Assembly (NCBI GenBank): GCA_902800645.1 | Contig: CADCFC010000003.1 | Span: 1,598-65,597, forward strand | Reading direction: 5' to 3' | Source of the DNA: an uncultured Erysipelotrichaceae bacterium | Lineage (GTDB): Bacteria > Bacillota_I > Bacilli_A > RFN20 > CAG-826 | DNA length: 64,000 nt | Part shown: positions 35,589 through 43,954 of the stretch, piece by piece | Numbering within the stretch: the first letter of the stretch is position 1 | How the letters are laid out: each line of letters begins with the position of its first letter | The notes under the pieces: model-generated | Database searches by the model: none | Told to the model about the DNA's origin: nothing | The model's input: the letters and a program-made list of their open reading frames with translations, nothing else | Program-made: the position numbers and the translations under genes

Positions 35589-38411
35589 TTATTGTACTTT
35601 ACGTCTACGTAAGAAGAAGTAACCACCGATAGCGGATACTGAAATCATAGAAACGATGACAATGATTGTTGTAGCACTTGAATCGTTGACGGTATTCAAT
35701 AATGAATTAATTTTAGCTGAGCTAAATGCGCCGCTTTGTTCATTTAAAGTATCACCATTAATTCTTGCCCATTCGGACAACCTATTTTTAATTTCGTTGT
35801 AAGTGTACTTGTGTTCTCCAACAATTCCATATACAGATTTACTCTTTAAGATAATTTCTTTTTGAGCATCAGTAAGTTGGGTGAAATGGTATTTAGCACC
35901 ACTAGTTCCATTTTTATCATAATAATTAACGCAAGATCCATTACCACTGGTAGAACCAATAGTTCCACCGTTGTCATAGTCTAAGTGCATATAACCAGCA
36001 ACAAAGGCATCAACAGCATTAACATCGGATTCATCATGAACATAACTCCATGTGATAACAATTTCGTCAAGCCAAAGTGCTCCAGATTTAGAACGTAAAC
36101 CGATGTATTGATATTCACTATTAATATCAATTGTTTGGTCAGCTCCATCACTTAAAACTGCGCTACCAATTATTGTTCCTTGAAGAGAACTATTATATAA
36201 ATTTGTAGCTGCAGAATATGCAGTGTTTTTACCATAAATATCAACTTCTCTAGAAGTGTCAGTTGTGTGTTCGTTAAAAACAATTCTTACAGATTTAACA
36301 TACCCGTGTTGGCTAGTTGTAACAATTCCAGAATTTGAGTTGTTAGATCTTAATTGAATGGTGCTATATTGACTTGCTGTTTGAGCGACATAAGTTATAC
36401 CAGATTCATCACCATCATTTGTCCAATCTGCATAAGTTGTTCCAGCAGATTCAATTCCTGTAAATGCAAAATCAAGAGTATCAATTCTTTCTGTAATCAC
36501 TTCTCTTGGTTTAGAAACACTTACTAAAACATCAACTGAATCAGACGCTCCGCCAGCAGTTGCTGTAATAGTTAATACTCCAGCTTCATCTACTCCCATT
36601 GCAGCAGGCGTTTCTGGACTATATGTCCAAGCAATTTCACCAGAATAAGAGGTACCACTTTCCCATGATGCAGAGGCGGTAATACCATTGTGATTCCAAG
36701 AATCAGTTGTCAGGAAATCTGGGTTTGTTAATTCATCTCCAGAAATTGTTACTGATAAAACATCATCTTTAACTGTAATGGTGTCAATAGTAACTAAGAT
36801 TGAATTATCTTCTTTGTAAGTGCCAACGACATTTTGGCCAGCCACTAAAGTGCTCCATTCAAAATCAGAAGCAATAATTGTGGCAGGATCTGGGTTTGTT
36901 TTGTTGTAAATAGGTGTGAATGTTAAGCCTTCTGGATTAAATGCATTCCCAACATATTGTGTTTTGTGAGTTAATCCGGTCTGGTCAACTGTAATGCTTA
37001 CTAAAACAGGTGTGCTTGCGTCAACTGCAGTTAGAACAAGTGTTGCAGAAACACTACTTCCATCAGTAGCTGAGACAGTAATGGTTTGTGACCCAGAAGT
37101 TAAACCTTTACCTGTAACAGTAAAAGTGCCGTCCCCGGTCATAGAAGATTTACTGACTGTGGCAACATTTTCTCCGCCTTTATCAATTGTAAGAGCTAAA
37201 ACATCTGCATCATTTGGTTCAACATTTACTTCAATTGTTTGTGCAGATAAATTATCTGATAAAACATTCAATGCAGAAGGCGTTAAAGTAATAGACTCGA
37301 CTGGTTGAGTGCCTAAAGTAATCTCTACAGATTTTAAACGCCAATGGCCACTACCACTTGGACGAGTAAATGTAATAGCGTTAGACAATCCACTCCATTC
37401 GCCAGAACTTACAACGTAAGTACCAACACTAACATCAGTTGTATTGGCCGGTTTGTTACTTCCGTCCCATGTTGTTAAAATAGTGGCTATTTTTTTACTA
37501 TCCTTAGCAGTAATGGTAAAAGATCCGCCACCATAAGTCCTAATGCCAGAACCGGTCGTATAATACATGCCATCGTTATTGCCACCAGCAAACTCGATTG
37601 TAAAGTTTAAATAAGAACGGTCGCTGCCATCACTATCATCATCAGTTCCGAACAATGCGTATTGGACTCCATTTTCCAAGCCTTCTTCTGCAAAAATAAT
37701 TTTGTTTGGAGTGACGACCTTATTCCAGTGAGCGTATAAAGTTAAAGAGTTGTTTGTGCTAATTTCAGTAAGATCAACTTGTTCACCAAAATCATACACT
37801 TTCGCACCATTTTCGCTTGTTGCCCAACCATCAGTTGTATAACCAGAACGTGACATAGAACCAGCAACTGCTAATGTATAAGCTTCAGCATCTTCTTCAG
37901 AGATATTGATGTCATTTTCAGGAGCACCCTCACCGCTATTTGCGTTGTAATACACAGAATAGGTTGTGGTCTCGCCACCTTGTCCATCATCATATGTAAC
38001 TATAATAGATGTAATTCTTGCCTGTCCGGAAGTGGTAGTAGTCCAAGTTGTTTGATTTAATCCGCTAACATCCGACAATCCGCCTCCATACGAACCGCTA
38101 GTTGTAAAGTCAATTGCCGAAATATTACCTGCGCTTGAACTAATAGTTAATGTACCACCAGAATAAACCCTAAACTGAGTTGTTCCATATCCTTTATCTG
38201 TTGATACGGTAATTGAATCAATTGTTGCGCTACAAGATGAACCACTACCAGATGTACCTTGACCAGAGAAATTTGAAGGCGCAAAAGTAGCGGTCTGTGT
38301 TTCAGCGCGTACAGGTAGCGCTTCCTTATTACTTCCAACACTAACCCCAACTCCGATTGCCATAGTGAGACCAATCGCTACACCGGCAATCTTCGTAAAT
38401 AATTTATTCAT
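35589..38411 (-). CDS. 940-aa surface protein with a signal peptide, a Listeria-Bacteroides (Flg_new) repeat, Big_2-like repeats and a C-terminal TM anchor
   Basis: Signal peptide MNKLFTKIAGVAIGLTMAIGVGVSVG. Flg_new-like YSVYYNANSGEG...SGYTTDGWATSENGAKVYDFGEQV...LTLYAHW. Ig-like ITLTPSALNVLSDNLSAQTIEVNVEPNDADV... The C-terminus TTIIVIVSMISVSAIGGYFFLRRRKVQ is a hydrophobic helix plus a basic tail, with no LPXTG motif. Confidence 0.8.
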   Translation of the reverse strand: MNKLFTKIAGVAIGLTMAIGVGVSVGSNKEALPVRAETQTATFAPSNFSGQGTSGSGSSCSATIDSITVSTDKGYGTTQFRVYSGGTLTISSSAGNISAIDFTTSGSYGGGLSDVSGLNQTTWTTTTSGQARITSIIVTYDDGQGGETTTYSVYYNANSGEGAPENDINISEEDAEAYTLAVAGSMSRSGYTTDGWATSENGAKVYDFGEQVDLTEISTNNSLTLYAHWNKVVTPNKIIFAEEGLENGVQYALFGTDDDSDGSDRSYLNFTIEFAGGNNDGMYYTTGSGIRTYGGGSFTITAKDSKKIATILTTWDGSNKPANTTDVSVGTYVVSSGEWSGLSNAITFTRPSGSGHWRLKSVEITLGTQPVESITLTPSALNVLSDNLSAQTIEVNVEPNDADVLALTIDKGGENVATVSKSSMTGDGTFTVTGKGLTSGSQTITVSATDGSSVSATLVLTAVDASTPVLVSITVDQTGLTHKTQYVGNAFNPEGLTFTPIYNKTNPDPATIIASDFEWSTLVAGQNVVGTYKEDNSILVTIDTITVKDDVLSVTISGDELTNPDFLTTDSWNHNGITASASWESGTSYSGEIAWTYSPETPAAMGVDEAGVLTITATAGGASDSVDVLVSVSKPREVITERIDTLDFAFTGIESAGTTYADWTNDGDESGITYVAQTASQYSTIQLRSNNSNSGIVTTSQHGYVKSVRIVFNEHTTDTSREVDIYGKNTAYSAATNLYNSSLQGTIIGSAVLSDGADQTIDINSEYQYIGLRSKSGALWLDEIVITWSYVHDESDVNAVDAFVAGYMHLDYDNGGTIGSTSGNGSCVNYYDKNGTSGAKYHFTQLTDAQKEIILKSKSVYGIVGEHKYTYNEIKNRLSEWARINGDTLNEQSGAFSSAKINSLLNTVNDSSATTIIVIVSMISVSAIGGYFFLRRRKVQ

Positions 38412-38436
38412 TTTCTTTTCTCTCCTTTCAATAAGT

Positions 38437-38470
38437 CTCCTAAGCCGTTTTGGTTATTTAGCCTAGTGAG
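38437..38470 (-). promoter_or_regulatory. Conserved bulged-A leader hairpin 26 nt upstream of the surface-protein ATG
   Basis: Transcript sense: CTCACTAGGC-TAAATAACCAAAACG-GCTTAGGAG. It has the same bulged A, the same loop ends (TAAAT...AAAACG) and the same distance to the ATG as 1720..1757, with 3-4 compensatory stem substitutions. Confidence 0.4.
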
Positions 38471-38955
38471 CATGAATAAATTTTTTTGTTTGTTTATTTC
38501 GTTTAAACCTTTGAACATCCAATTTCAGTTCAAATAAAACGAAAAACAAACTTGTGTCATTCAAATTGGAATGACGTTTACTCTTAGGAGAGTTTATTAA
38601 GAGTCATGTGCACCGTGATTCTTGTTTTCTCTACCAAAAGTAAACAAAGAGAAATAACGATTATCTAAACTCTATTGACCACTCGAGTCTATCTAACGAA
38701 ATCCTCTTACGCTTTATATTCTATAAAGAAGAAGAAGAAGAAGCAAGCACTCACCAGTGTTGAGTGCTAATTATTAATACATAAGTATTAATAAGGTTTC
38801 ATTCTCATTCATATTTTTTTGTTGTTTTCATTATTTTTAGGTCTCTAACGTTCCAATATCTGTCAAATGTTTTTTTCTAGATTTTTGCTATAAGGAAAAA
38901 TCCCTATGTGACATAAGGGTAATGTGCTTAGGCGACAGGGTTATATTGCCTATAT

Positions 38956-39390
38956 ATGGGAAGATACACCTCAAAATTTAAAGTAGTCGCCTATCACCTA
39001 GATGGGAGAATATTTCGTATATATGATTCCGCTAGAAGAGCAGCAGTAAATAGACACGCTCATCCTCGAAGTATTGATAAATGTATCCGAGGAGAAAGTT
39101 TAACCGCATTTAATCTAATGTGGAGAAGATATCCGGTTGAATCAATACCAGAAAGAATTGATCCACTAGAAAAAACCATCACTAATCATTCACCTATCCC
39201 AATTGTAGAAATTGATAAAAAAGGAAACGTCATCCGTTATTTCAAATCCATAAAAAAAGCGAGTAAAGAATTGGGTATAGATTCTCACTCAATTAGAGAC
39301 AACTTAAAAGGTAAAATTAAAAAGACTAATGGTCATATGTTTAGATATCTAAACAGTGAAGAATTAAATGATCAAAATATACCAAAATAA
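38956..39390 (+). CDS. Stand-alone tandem NUMOD1/IENR-type DNA-binding protein (homing-endonuclease-associated module, no nuclease domain)
   Basis: Two repeats of the V..Y...G..I..F.S...A...LG.....I......G pattern: VVAYHLDGRIFRIYDSARRAAVNRHAHPRSIDKCIRGESLTAFNLMWRRY and IVEIDKKGNVIRYFKSIKKASKELGIDSHSIRDNLKGKIKKTNGHMFRYL. The RBS is weak. Confidence 0.5.
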   Translation: MGRYTSKFKVVAYHLDGRIFRIYDSARRAAVNRHAHPRSIDKCIRGESLTAFNLMWRRYPVESIPERIDPLEKTITNHSPIPIVEIDKKGNVIRYFKSIKKASKELGIDSHSIRDNLKGKIKKTNGHMFRYLNSEELNDQNIPK

Positions 39391-39549
39391 AAGTGATATA
39401 TTAACCATCATTCAATTGACTCTTGACAGGAAGTACATAAAACAATTTTCAAGCGTCAAAAAAACCGCTGAATCTTTAGGCAAACAAAAAAAGCGACAAT
39501 TTCATTCTATAATACTAAGTATTATGGTATTGTCGCAGTTTGCGCTTTT

Positions 39550-39634
39550 TGGTGCGGATAACAAGAATCGAACTTGCACGAGTTTCCTCACAAGATTCTA
39601 AGTCTTGCGTGTCTACCAATTCCACCATATCCGC
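39550..39634 (-). tRNA. tRNA-Leu (anticodon UAG), type II with long variable arm, CCA encoded
   Basis: GCGGATA-TG-GTG-GAATTGGTAGA-CAC-G-CAAGA-CTTAGAA-TCTTG-TGAGGAAACTCGT-GCAAG-TTCGATT-CTTGT-TATCCGC-A-CCA. Confidence 0.9.
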
Positions 39635-39680
39635 ATAAAAATAAAATAGTGACAATTAAGCCACTATTATTTTTTTTAAA

Positions 39681-39756
39681 TGGTGCCGTCTATCGGAATC
39701 GAACCAACAACCTACTGATTACAAATCAGTTGCTCTGCCAATTGAGCTAAGACGGC
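39681..39756 (-). tRNA. tRNA-Thr (anticodon UGU), CCA encoded
   Basis: GCCGTCT-TA-GCTC-AATTGGCA-GAGC-A-ACTGA-TTTGTAA-TCAGT-AGGTT-GTTGG-TTCGATT-CCGAT-AGACGGC-A-CCA. Confidence 0.9.
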
Positions 39757-39763
39757 AACTACT

Positions 39764-39838
39764 TGGTGGACACTACAGGGATCGAACCTGTGACCTCTTC
39801 CGTGTGAAGGAAGCGTTCTCCCGCTGAACTAAGTGTCC
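39764..39838 (-). tRNA. tRNA-Val (anticodon CAC), CCA encoded
   Basis: GGACACT-TA-GTTC-AGCGGGA-GAAC-G-CTTCC-TTCACAC-GGAAG-AGGTC-ACAGG-TTCGATC-CCTGT-AGTGTCC-A-CCA. Confidence 0.9.
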
Positions 39839-39894
39839 CTATAGTGTGCTTAATTTAATTAAAGCCCTAACTAAAGGGCTTCTATACGCGAATT

Positions 39895-39971
<77 letters not shown>

Positions 39972-39987
39972 GAATACGCGCTTAAAT

Positions 39988-40016
39988 AATATACAATAAT
40001 GAAATATATAAATCAA
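39988..40016 (-). promoter_or_regulatory. Sigma-70-type promoter for the tRNA cluster
   Basis: Minus strand: TTGATT (40016..40011), a 17-nt spacer, then TATATT (39993..39988). It sits ~16 nt upstream of tRNA-Ile and just downstream of the rpsI terminator. Confidence 0.4.
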
Positions 40017-40025
40017 CAAGAAATC

Positions 40026-40060
40026 TTAAAAACAAAAAGGAAGCAAAATTTTGCTTCCTT
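40026..40060 (-). terminator. Intrinsic terminator after rpsI
   Basis: Minus strand: AAGGAAGCAAAATTTTGCTTCCTT (a perfect 24-nt palindrome) followed by TTTGTTTTTAA. Confidence 0.65.
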
Positions 40061-40105
40061 AATTGTCTTTTTCTTGTTTCTGATATCAAAGATATCAAAT
40101 AAAGA

Positions 40106-40507
40106 TTAACGCTTAGAGAATTGTGGAGCTTTTCTAGCAGCTTTGAGACCGTATTTCTTTCTTTCCTTCTTACGGGAATCTCTAGAAACAAGTCCTGCTA
40201 CTTTTAAGACCTTACGGTCGCATCCAGCTTCGAGTAAAGCGCGTGTAATGCCAAGTCTAATCGCACCAGCTTGACCGGTGAATCCACCACCCTTAACTTC
40301 ACATTTGACATCATATTTGTCTTCAGTACCTGTTAAGACGAGTGGCTGTTTAAGATCCATGACTAAGGTAGCGTATGGCATATATTCACTCACATCTCTA
40401 CCATTAACAACGATCTTGCCACTTCCTTGAAGGACATAAACACGAGCAATAGATGATTTTCTTCTACCAGTACCGTAGTATTGGAGAGTTGACTTCTTAG
40501 TTGCCAT
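40106..40507 (-). CDS. rpsI: 30S ribosomal protein S9
   Basis: [16 protein letters not shown]...[19 protein letters not shown]...[22 protein letters not shown]. Confidence 0.95.
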   Translation of the reverse strand: MATKKSTLQYYGTGRRKSSIARVYVLQGSGKIVVNGRDVSEYMPYATLVMDLKQPLVLTGTEDKYDVKCEVKGGGFTGQAGAIRLGITRALLEAGCDRKVLKVAGLVSRDSRKKERKKYGLKAARKAPQFSKR

Positions 40508-40521
40508 TATTAATTTCCTCC

Positions 40522-40962
40522 TTAGAATTTGAGCTCAAGAACTTCTGGTTTTTGAGCTTCGTGCTTGTGATCTGGTCCAGCGTAGACAAATAATTTCTTT
40601 TCAATTTGTCTTCCTAAACGGCCTTTTGGCACCATACCGTGAACACTTCTCTCAATCATTTCACAAGGGAATTCTTTGAGCATTGTGCCCGCAGTTCTTG
40701 TTCTAAGACCGCCATCATAACCAGAAACGTTATAATATTTCTTGTTGTGGATTTTATCTCCAGATAAGCTCACTTTTTCAGCGTTGATAATGATGACATA
40801 ATCACCACAGTCAACATTTGGTGTCCATGTTGGTTTCACCTTTCCTGTTAAAACTTGAGCAACTTGGGAGACTAATCTACCTAATGGTTTGTCAGTGGCA
40901 TCAACGACATACCATTTTCTTTGGATTTCATTTGCTTTTGCAATAGTAGTTTGACGTTGCAT
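40522..40962 (-). CDS. rplM: 50S ribosomal protein L13
   Basis: [49 protein letters not shown]...[11 protein letters not shown]. Confidence 0.95.
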   Translation of the reverse strand: MQRQTTIAKANEIQRKWYVVDATDKPLGRLVSQVAQVLTGKVKPTWTPNVDCGDYVIIINAEKVSLSGDKIHNKKYYNVSGYDGGLRTRTAGTMLKEFPCEMIERSVHGMVPKGRLGRQIEKKLFVYAGPDHKHEAQKPEVLELKF

Positions 40963-41203
40963 ACAATTAATCCTCCTTTACCAAACTAACTTATTCCTTA
41001 CCGGGGACTTCATTATTTTTGGCTTGTGCCGTGTTAAATCATACTATCATTTAATAAAATAAATCAATTTATTTTTCATAAATATATCAAAATGTAGGTT
41101 TTGAATATCTCTTTTTAAGAGTTGCTTGTAACAAAAAATATTTTAACGCTTAGGAAAAACAACTAATTATATACTATGTATATAAAAAAGAGATTAGCAT
41201 TTT

Positions 41204-41551
41204 CTAATCCCTATTTTCACTTAGTATCTTCTTGCAATATTCATTTAATGGCGGAATATCTAACAAGGCTGTGTTCCACACTCTATCTAAATCAATAGTG
41301 CCATATCCGTGTCCTATTTTGTCTCTCATTCCTTTAATATGCTTCCAAGGAACTCCACCATATCTATTAATGAATTCTTGATCGAAGTTTTTTGCAAGTT
41401 CACCAATTTGAAAGATATTAAAACAAATAATTTCTCTTATATCTTCATCTTCATCGAATGATTTTCGATCCAAAGTTGCTATTTTAGCGCTTATCTTCTC
41501 GCAATGTTTAACTATATTGATTAGAAGACCTTTTTCTTTAACTGTTAACAT
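41204..41551 (-). CDS. hepT: HepT (DUF86/HEPN) toxin of a type VII MNT-HepT module
   Basis: The Rx4HxY HEPN motif is present in MRDKIGHGYGTIDLDRVW. It overlaps the MNT gene by 7 nt. Confidence 0.8.
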   Translation of the reverse strand: MLTVKEKGLLINIVKHCEKISAKIATLDRKSFDEDEDIREIICFNIFQIGELAKNFDQEFINRYGGVPWKHIKGMRDKIGHGYGTIDLDRVWNTALLDIPPLNEYCKKILSENRD

Positions 41552-42000
41552 AGTTTTATCATATCACTTTCTAATTGTGCTTTAAAATAATCATCCATCA
41601 GTGAGCCAATAAAGACTATATCTACTTTCTTATTAAGGGCGTTTTCTAATTCGTCTTCGAAAAGTCCTTGTTCAATAAGTGTTTGAATGTCCCCACTTTC
41701 ACAATATATATCTATATCACTATGACTATTAGCTTCTCCCCTAGCGTAACTACCAAATAGATATATCTCACTAATATTATGTTTGGCCATAATAGGTTTA
41801 ATCCTATCCTTGATTTCTTTAATTGATAAAACCGATGAATTGATATCATTTTCAATCAAACCAACAATATACTTGTTCTTATTAGAAACACTATTAAGTT
41901 TATTAATTACACTCATATTATCTTTTCTAACCCTAAAAGGAAACATCTTATATGTTTCTTTGTTAAACTCATCTATATATTTTATTTGATTAAACGCCAT
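41545..42000 (-). CDS. mntA: MNT-type nucleotidyltransferase antitoxin with a ~65-aa N-terminal extension (RHH-like by eye)
   Basis: IYLFGSYARGEANSHSDIDIY (GSxxRG...DxD). The N-terminal MFPFRVRKDNMSVINKLNSVSNKNKYIVGLIENDI resembles a strand-helix-helix (Arc/CopG-like) module. Confidence 0.75.
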   Translation of the reverse strand: MAFNQIKYIDEFNKETYKMFPFRVRKDNMSVINKLNSVSNKNKYIVGLIENDINSSVLSIKEIKDRIKPIMAKHNISEIYLFGSYARGEANSHSDIDIYCESGDIQTLIEQGLFEDELENALNKKVDIVFIGSLMDDYFKAQLESDMIKLC

Positions 42001-42013
42001 AAGATATCCTCAA

Positions 42014-42031
42014 ACATATGCTATCATATGT
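42014..42031. promoter_or_regulatory. Perfect 7+7 palindrome abutting the MNT RBS (candidate operator)
   Basis: ACATATG-CTAT-CATATGT lies 14-31 nt upstream of the MNT ATG, immediately 5' of the GAGGA Shine-Dalgarno. Confidence 0.35.
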
Positions 42032-42234
42032 AAAACAATTGTTCAACAAAATACCTCCTAACGTTTTATTTTCGTTAAGAGGATTTTTAAATCAAACAAT
42101 AATTTCTATGCATATTACGATCTTTTTTAGCTGTATTTTTTCATTCTTAATATGGTCTCAATCTTAATCCTCATTTCTTATAAATATCTTATAAAAAAAT
42201 AAAGAGGTCATTTCCTACCTCTACTTTTTTCGGT

Positions 42235-42341
42235 CCCCGCTTAGTGGTGGGGGCTCACCGCTTTTTTAGGTTCTCTGTTATGGTCGAGACTCGCCGCTTT
42301 TTTAGGGCCCCGCTTAGTGGTGGAGGCGCACCGCTTTTTTA
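42235..42341 (+). repeat. Tandem GC-rich terminator-like repeats (two full 34-nt copies plus one partial)
   Basis: CCCCGCTTAGTGGTGGGGGCTCACCGCTTTTTTA (42235..42268) and CCCCGCTTAGTGGTGGAGGCGCACCGCTTTTTTA (42308..42341), with a partial CTCGCCGCTTTTTTA at 42290..42304. Each full copy folds as AGTGGTG-N6-CACCGCT plus a T6 run on the + strand. Confidence 0.6.
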
Positions 42342-42465
42342 TAGATAGATTTCTATCTACATATTTAATATATAAATATTTATTTATTGAGTCAAATAGA
42401 ATTTAGTTTTACGTTCATTTTAAAAGCGGATCAAGTTTGACCCGCTTCTATATATTTAATTTTGA

Positions 42466-43797
42466 TTACGATTTTTGTCTTTTAGCTAAGATGCGTTCAA
42501 CAATAATCGCGGTACTCATAAGAATGACAAACACTAAAGTCACTACCGCTGAAGGACCAGCACCAAAACCAGAAAGAGTTACTCCACCATATTGTTTAGA
42601 GAACATATCTTGGAAGAAGCTAGCTGATAAGATACCACTAGCAAGAGTAAGTCCACCACTAATGATCATTAATGGAATGGCAAATACTCCTTTTTTAAAG
42701 GCAACTGCTAAATAGGTTGAAACAAATAAGAATCCCCATGAAACCATACCGAAGACATAAGAGACAATAGCGGCCCCACCATTAAGATTGCTACCAGTAG
42801 AGGATGAATAGTAATTAATTGCACCGTTAGAACACATTGTGCCATTATAGAAAACTCCATAAGTGTATCCATTAGCGCTAGCAACACTAGCTAAAGCAGT
42901 GACAGCGATAATAGGTAAAGCAATTGTGACAAATCCTCTTAATAAAGTTGAAGCAATATTCTTTCTTTCAAATATCGCGACAAATAATTCATATAAGAAC
43001 ATGAGCGATAGACCAGCGATCATTGCCCCAAATAGCATACCAACTCCCCAGCCAGGTTGAGTACTTATAAATGTGGTTCCAATACTCATCTTGAGATTAT
43101 ATCTCATGTAGATAAGACACATATAAGGAACATAAGAAGTAATTGCTAGAGCAAAAAACTTAAAGTCAGGTTTTTTATTTGCACCAGCTATAGCTGATTT
43201 GATGTTTTTAAAGACTGAAAAACCAAGGAAAGTAAACATTCCAATTAATCCTAAGTAATAGAAGACATATTCAATAATCGTCTCTGCTATTATCATTCCG
43301 TTACTATTAGAGGAACTAATATTTCTAAACGCTCCACCAAACATGTAATCAATGGTTTCACTATTAAGAGTTCTACCCATAGCATCTTTAGCGCAAGCAA
43401 CATCGCCAAATGAACCAACGATTAATAAAATTAAAACGATGAACGAAGTAAAGATAAAACTAAGATTTAGAATCTTGTTTACGTTACTTACATTTGTAAC
43501 TGGTTCAGCAACATTTTTGTTTTCAACTTTAGCTTCGCTCTTAATAAATCCACCCTCATCAATTTTTGCTCCACACTTAGAGCAAAATTTCGCATCACCT
43601 TCTAAGTGAGCACCACATTGAGGACATACTTTTTCTCTAACAAGTTTGTGCCCACAAGATGGACAAAATTTAGCGTTAGCGTCAACTGGCGCACCACATT
43701 CTGGGCAAACATCCTTGCTTAATAATTTGTTTCCACATTCAGGACAAAACTTAACACTATCATCAAAAGTCTTGTTGCATTTATCGCAATATTTCAT
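42466..43797 (-). CDS. Quadruple zinc-ribbon N-terminus fused to a polytopic membrane domain
   Basis: Four successive CxxC...CxxC pairs: CDKC..CPEC, CPEC..CPSC, CPQC..CSKC. About 8-9 hydrophobic helices follow. Confidence 0.7.
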   Translation of the reverse strand: MKYCDKCNKTFDDSVKFCPECGNKLLSKDVCPECGAPVDANAKFCPSCGHKLVREKVCPQCGAHLEGDAKFCSKCGAKIDEGGFIKSEAKVENKNVAEPVTNVSNVNKILNLSFIFTSFIVLILLIVGSFGDVACAKDAMGRTLNSETIDYMFGGAFRNISSSNSNGMIIAETIIEYVFYYLGLIGMFTFLGFSVFKNIKSAIAGANKKPDFKFFALAITSYVPYMCLIYMRYNLKMSIGTTFISTQPGWGVGMLFGAMIAGLSLMFLYELFVAIFERKNIASTLLRGFVTIALPIIAVTALASVASANGYTYGVFYNGTMCSNGAINYYSSSTGSNLNGGAAIVSYVFGMVSWGFLFVSTYLAVAFKKGVFAIPLMIISGGLTLASGILSASFFQDMFSKQYGGVTLSGFGAGPSAVVTLVFVILMSTAIIVERILAKRQKS

Positions 43798-43954
43798 TAT
43801 CTGATTCTCCTATTTACGATTATAGAAATTATAAAAAGAATATGTGTTTATATCAATAAGGAAAAGATAGATTGTAACACCGTGAATTTGTGTATATTCG
43901 CTATTTAGGCAAAAAGAAAAGAGGCATAGCCTCTTATAGAAATATATTTTTTTA

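Noticed and set aside
36994-37308. Antisense shadow ORFs inside long genes (for example 36994..37308, 10616..10879, 18854..19141, 62811..63216, 53696..54447)
   Set aside because: Each is fully embedded antisense or out of frame within a confidently assigned longer CDS. They have low-complexity translations and no RBS.
38726-38768. (AAG)6 microsatellite adjacent to an 8-bp hairpin (AGCACTCA-N7-TGAGTGCT) upstream of the 940-aa surface gene, considered as a slipped-strand phase-variation switch
   Set aside because: It lies ~320 nt upstream of the ATG with no identifiable -35/-10 spanning it, and six units is short. On the minus strand it may simply be a hairpin plus a CUU-rich terminator-like tail. 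Worth a glance in population data, but unsupported here.
39368-39601. 77-aa plus-strand ORF
   Set aside because: Its 3' end runs through the minus-strand tRNA-Leu gene. It has low-complexity sequence and no RBS, so it is likely spurious.
42235-42341. Possible CRISPR array
   Set aside because: There are only two full 34-nt repeats plus a fragment. Each ends in a T6 terminator-like tail, the spacer lengths are irregular (21 and 3 nt between units), and there are no cas genes. I saw no other CRISPR-like array in the window.
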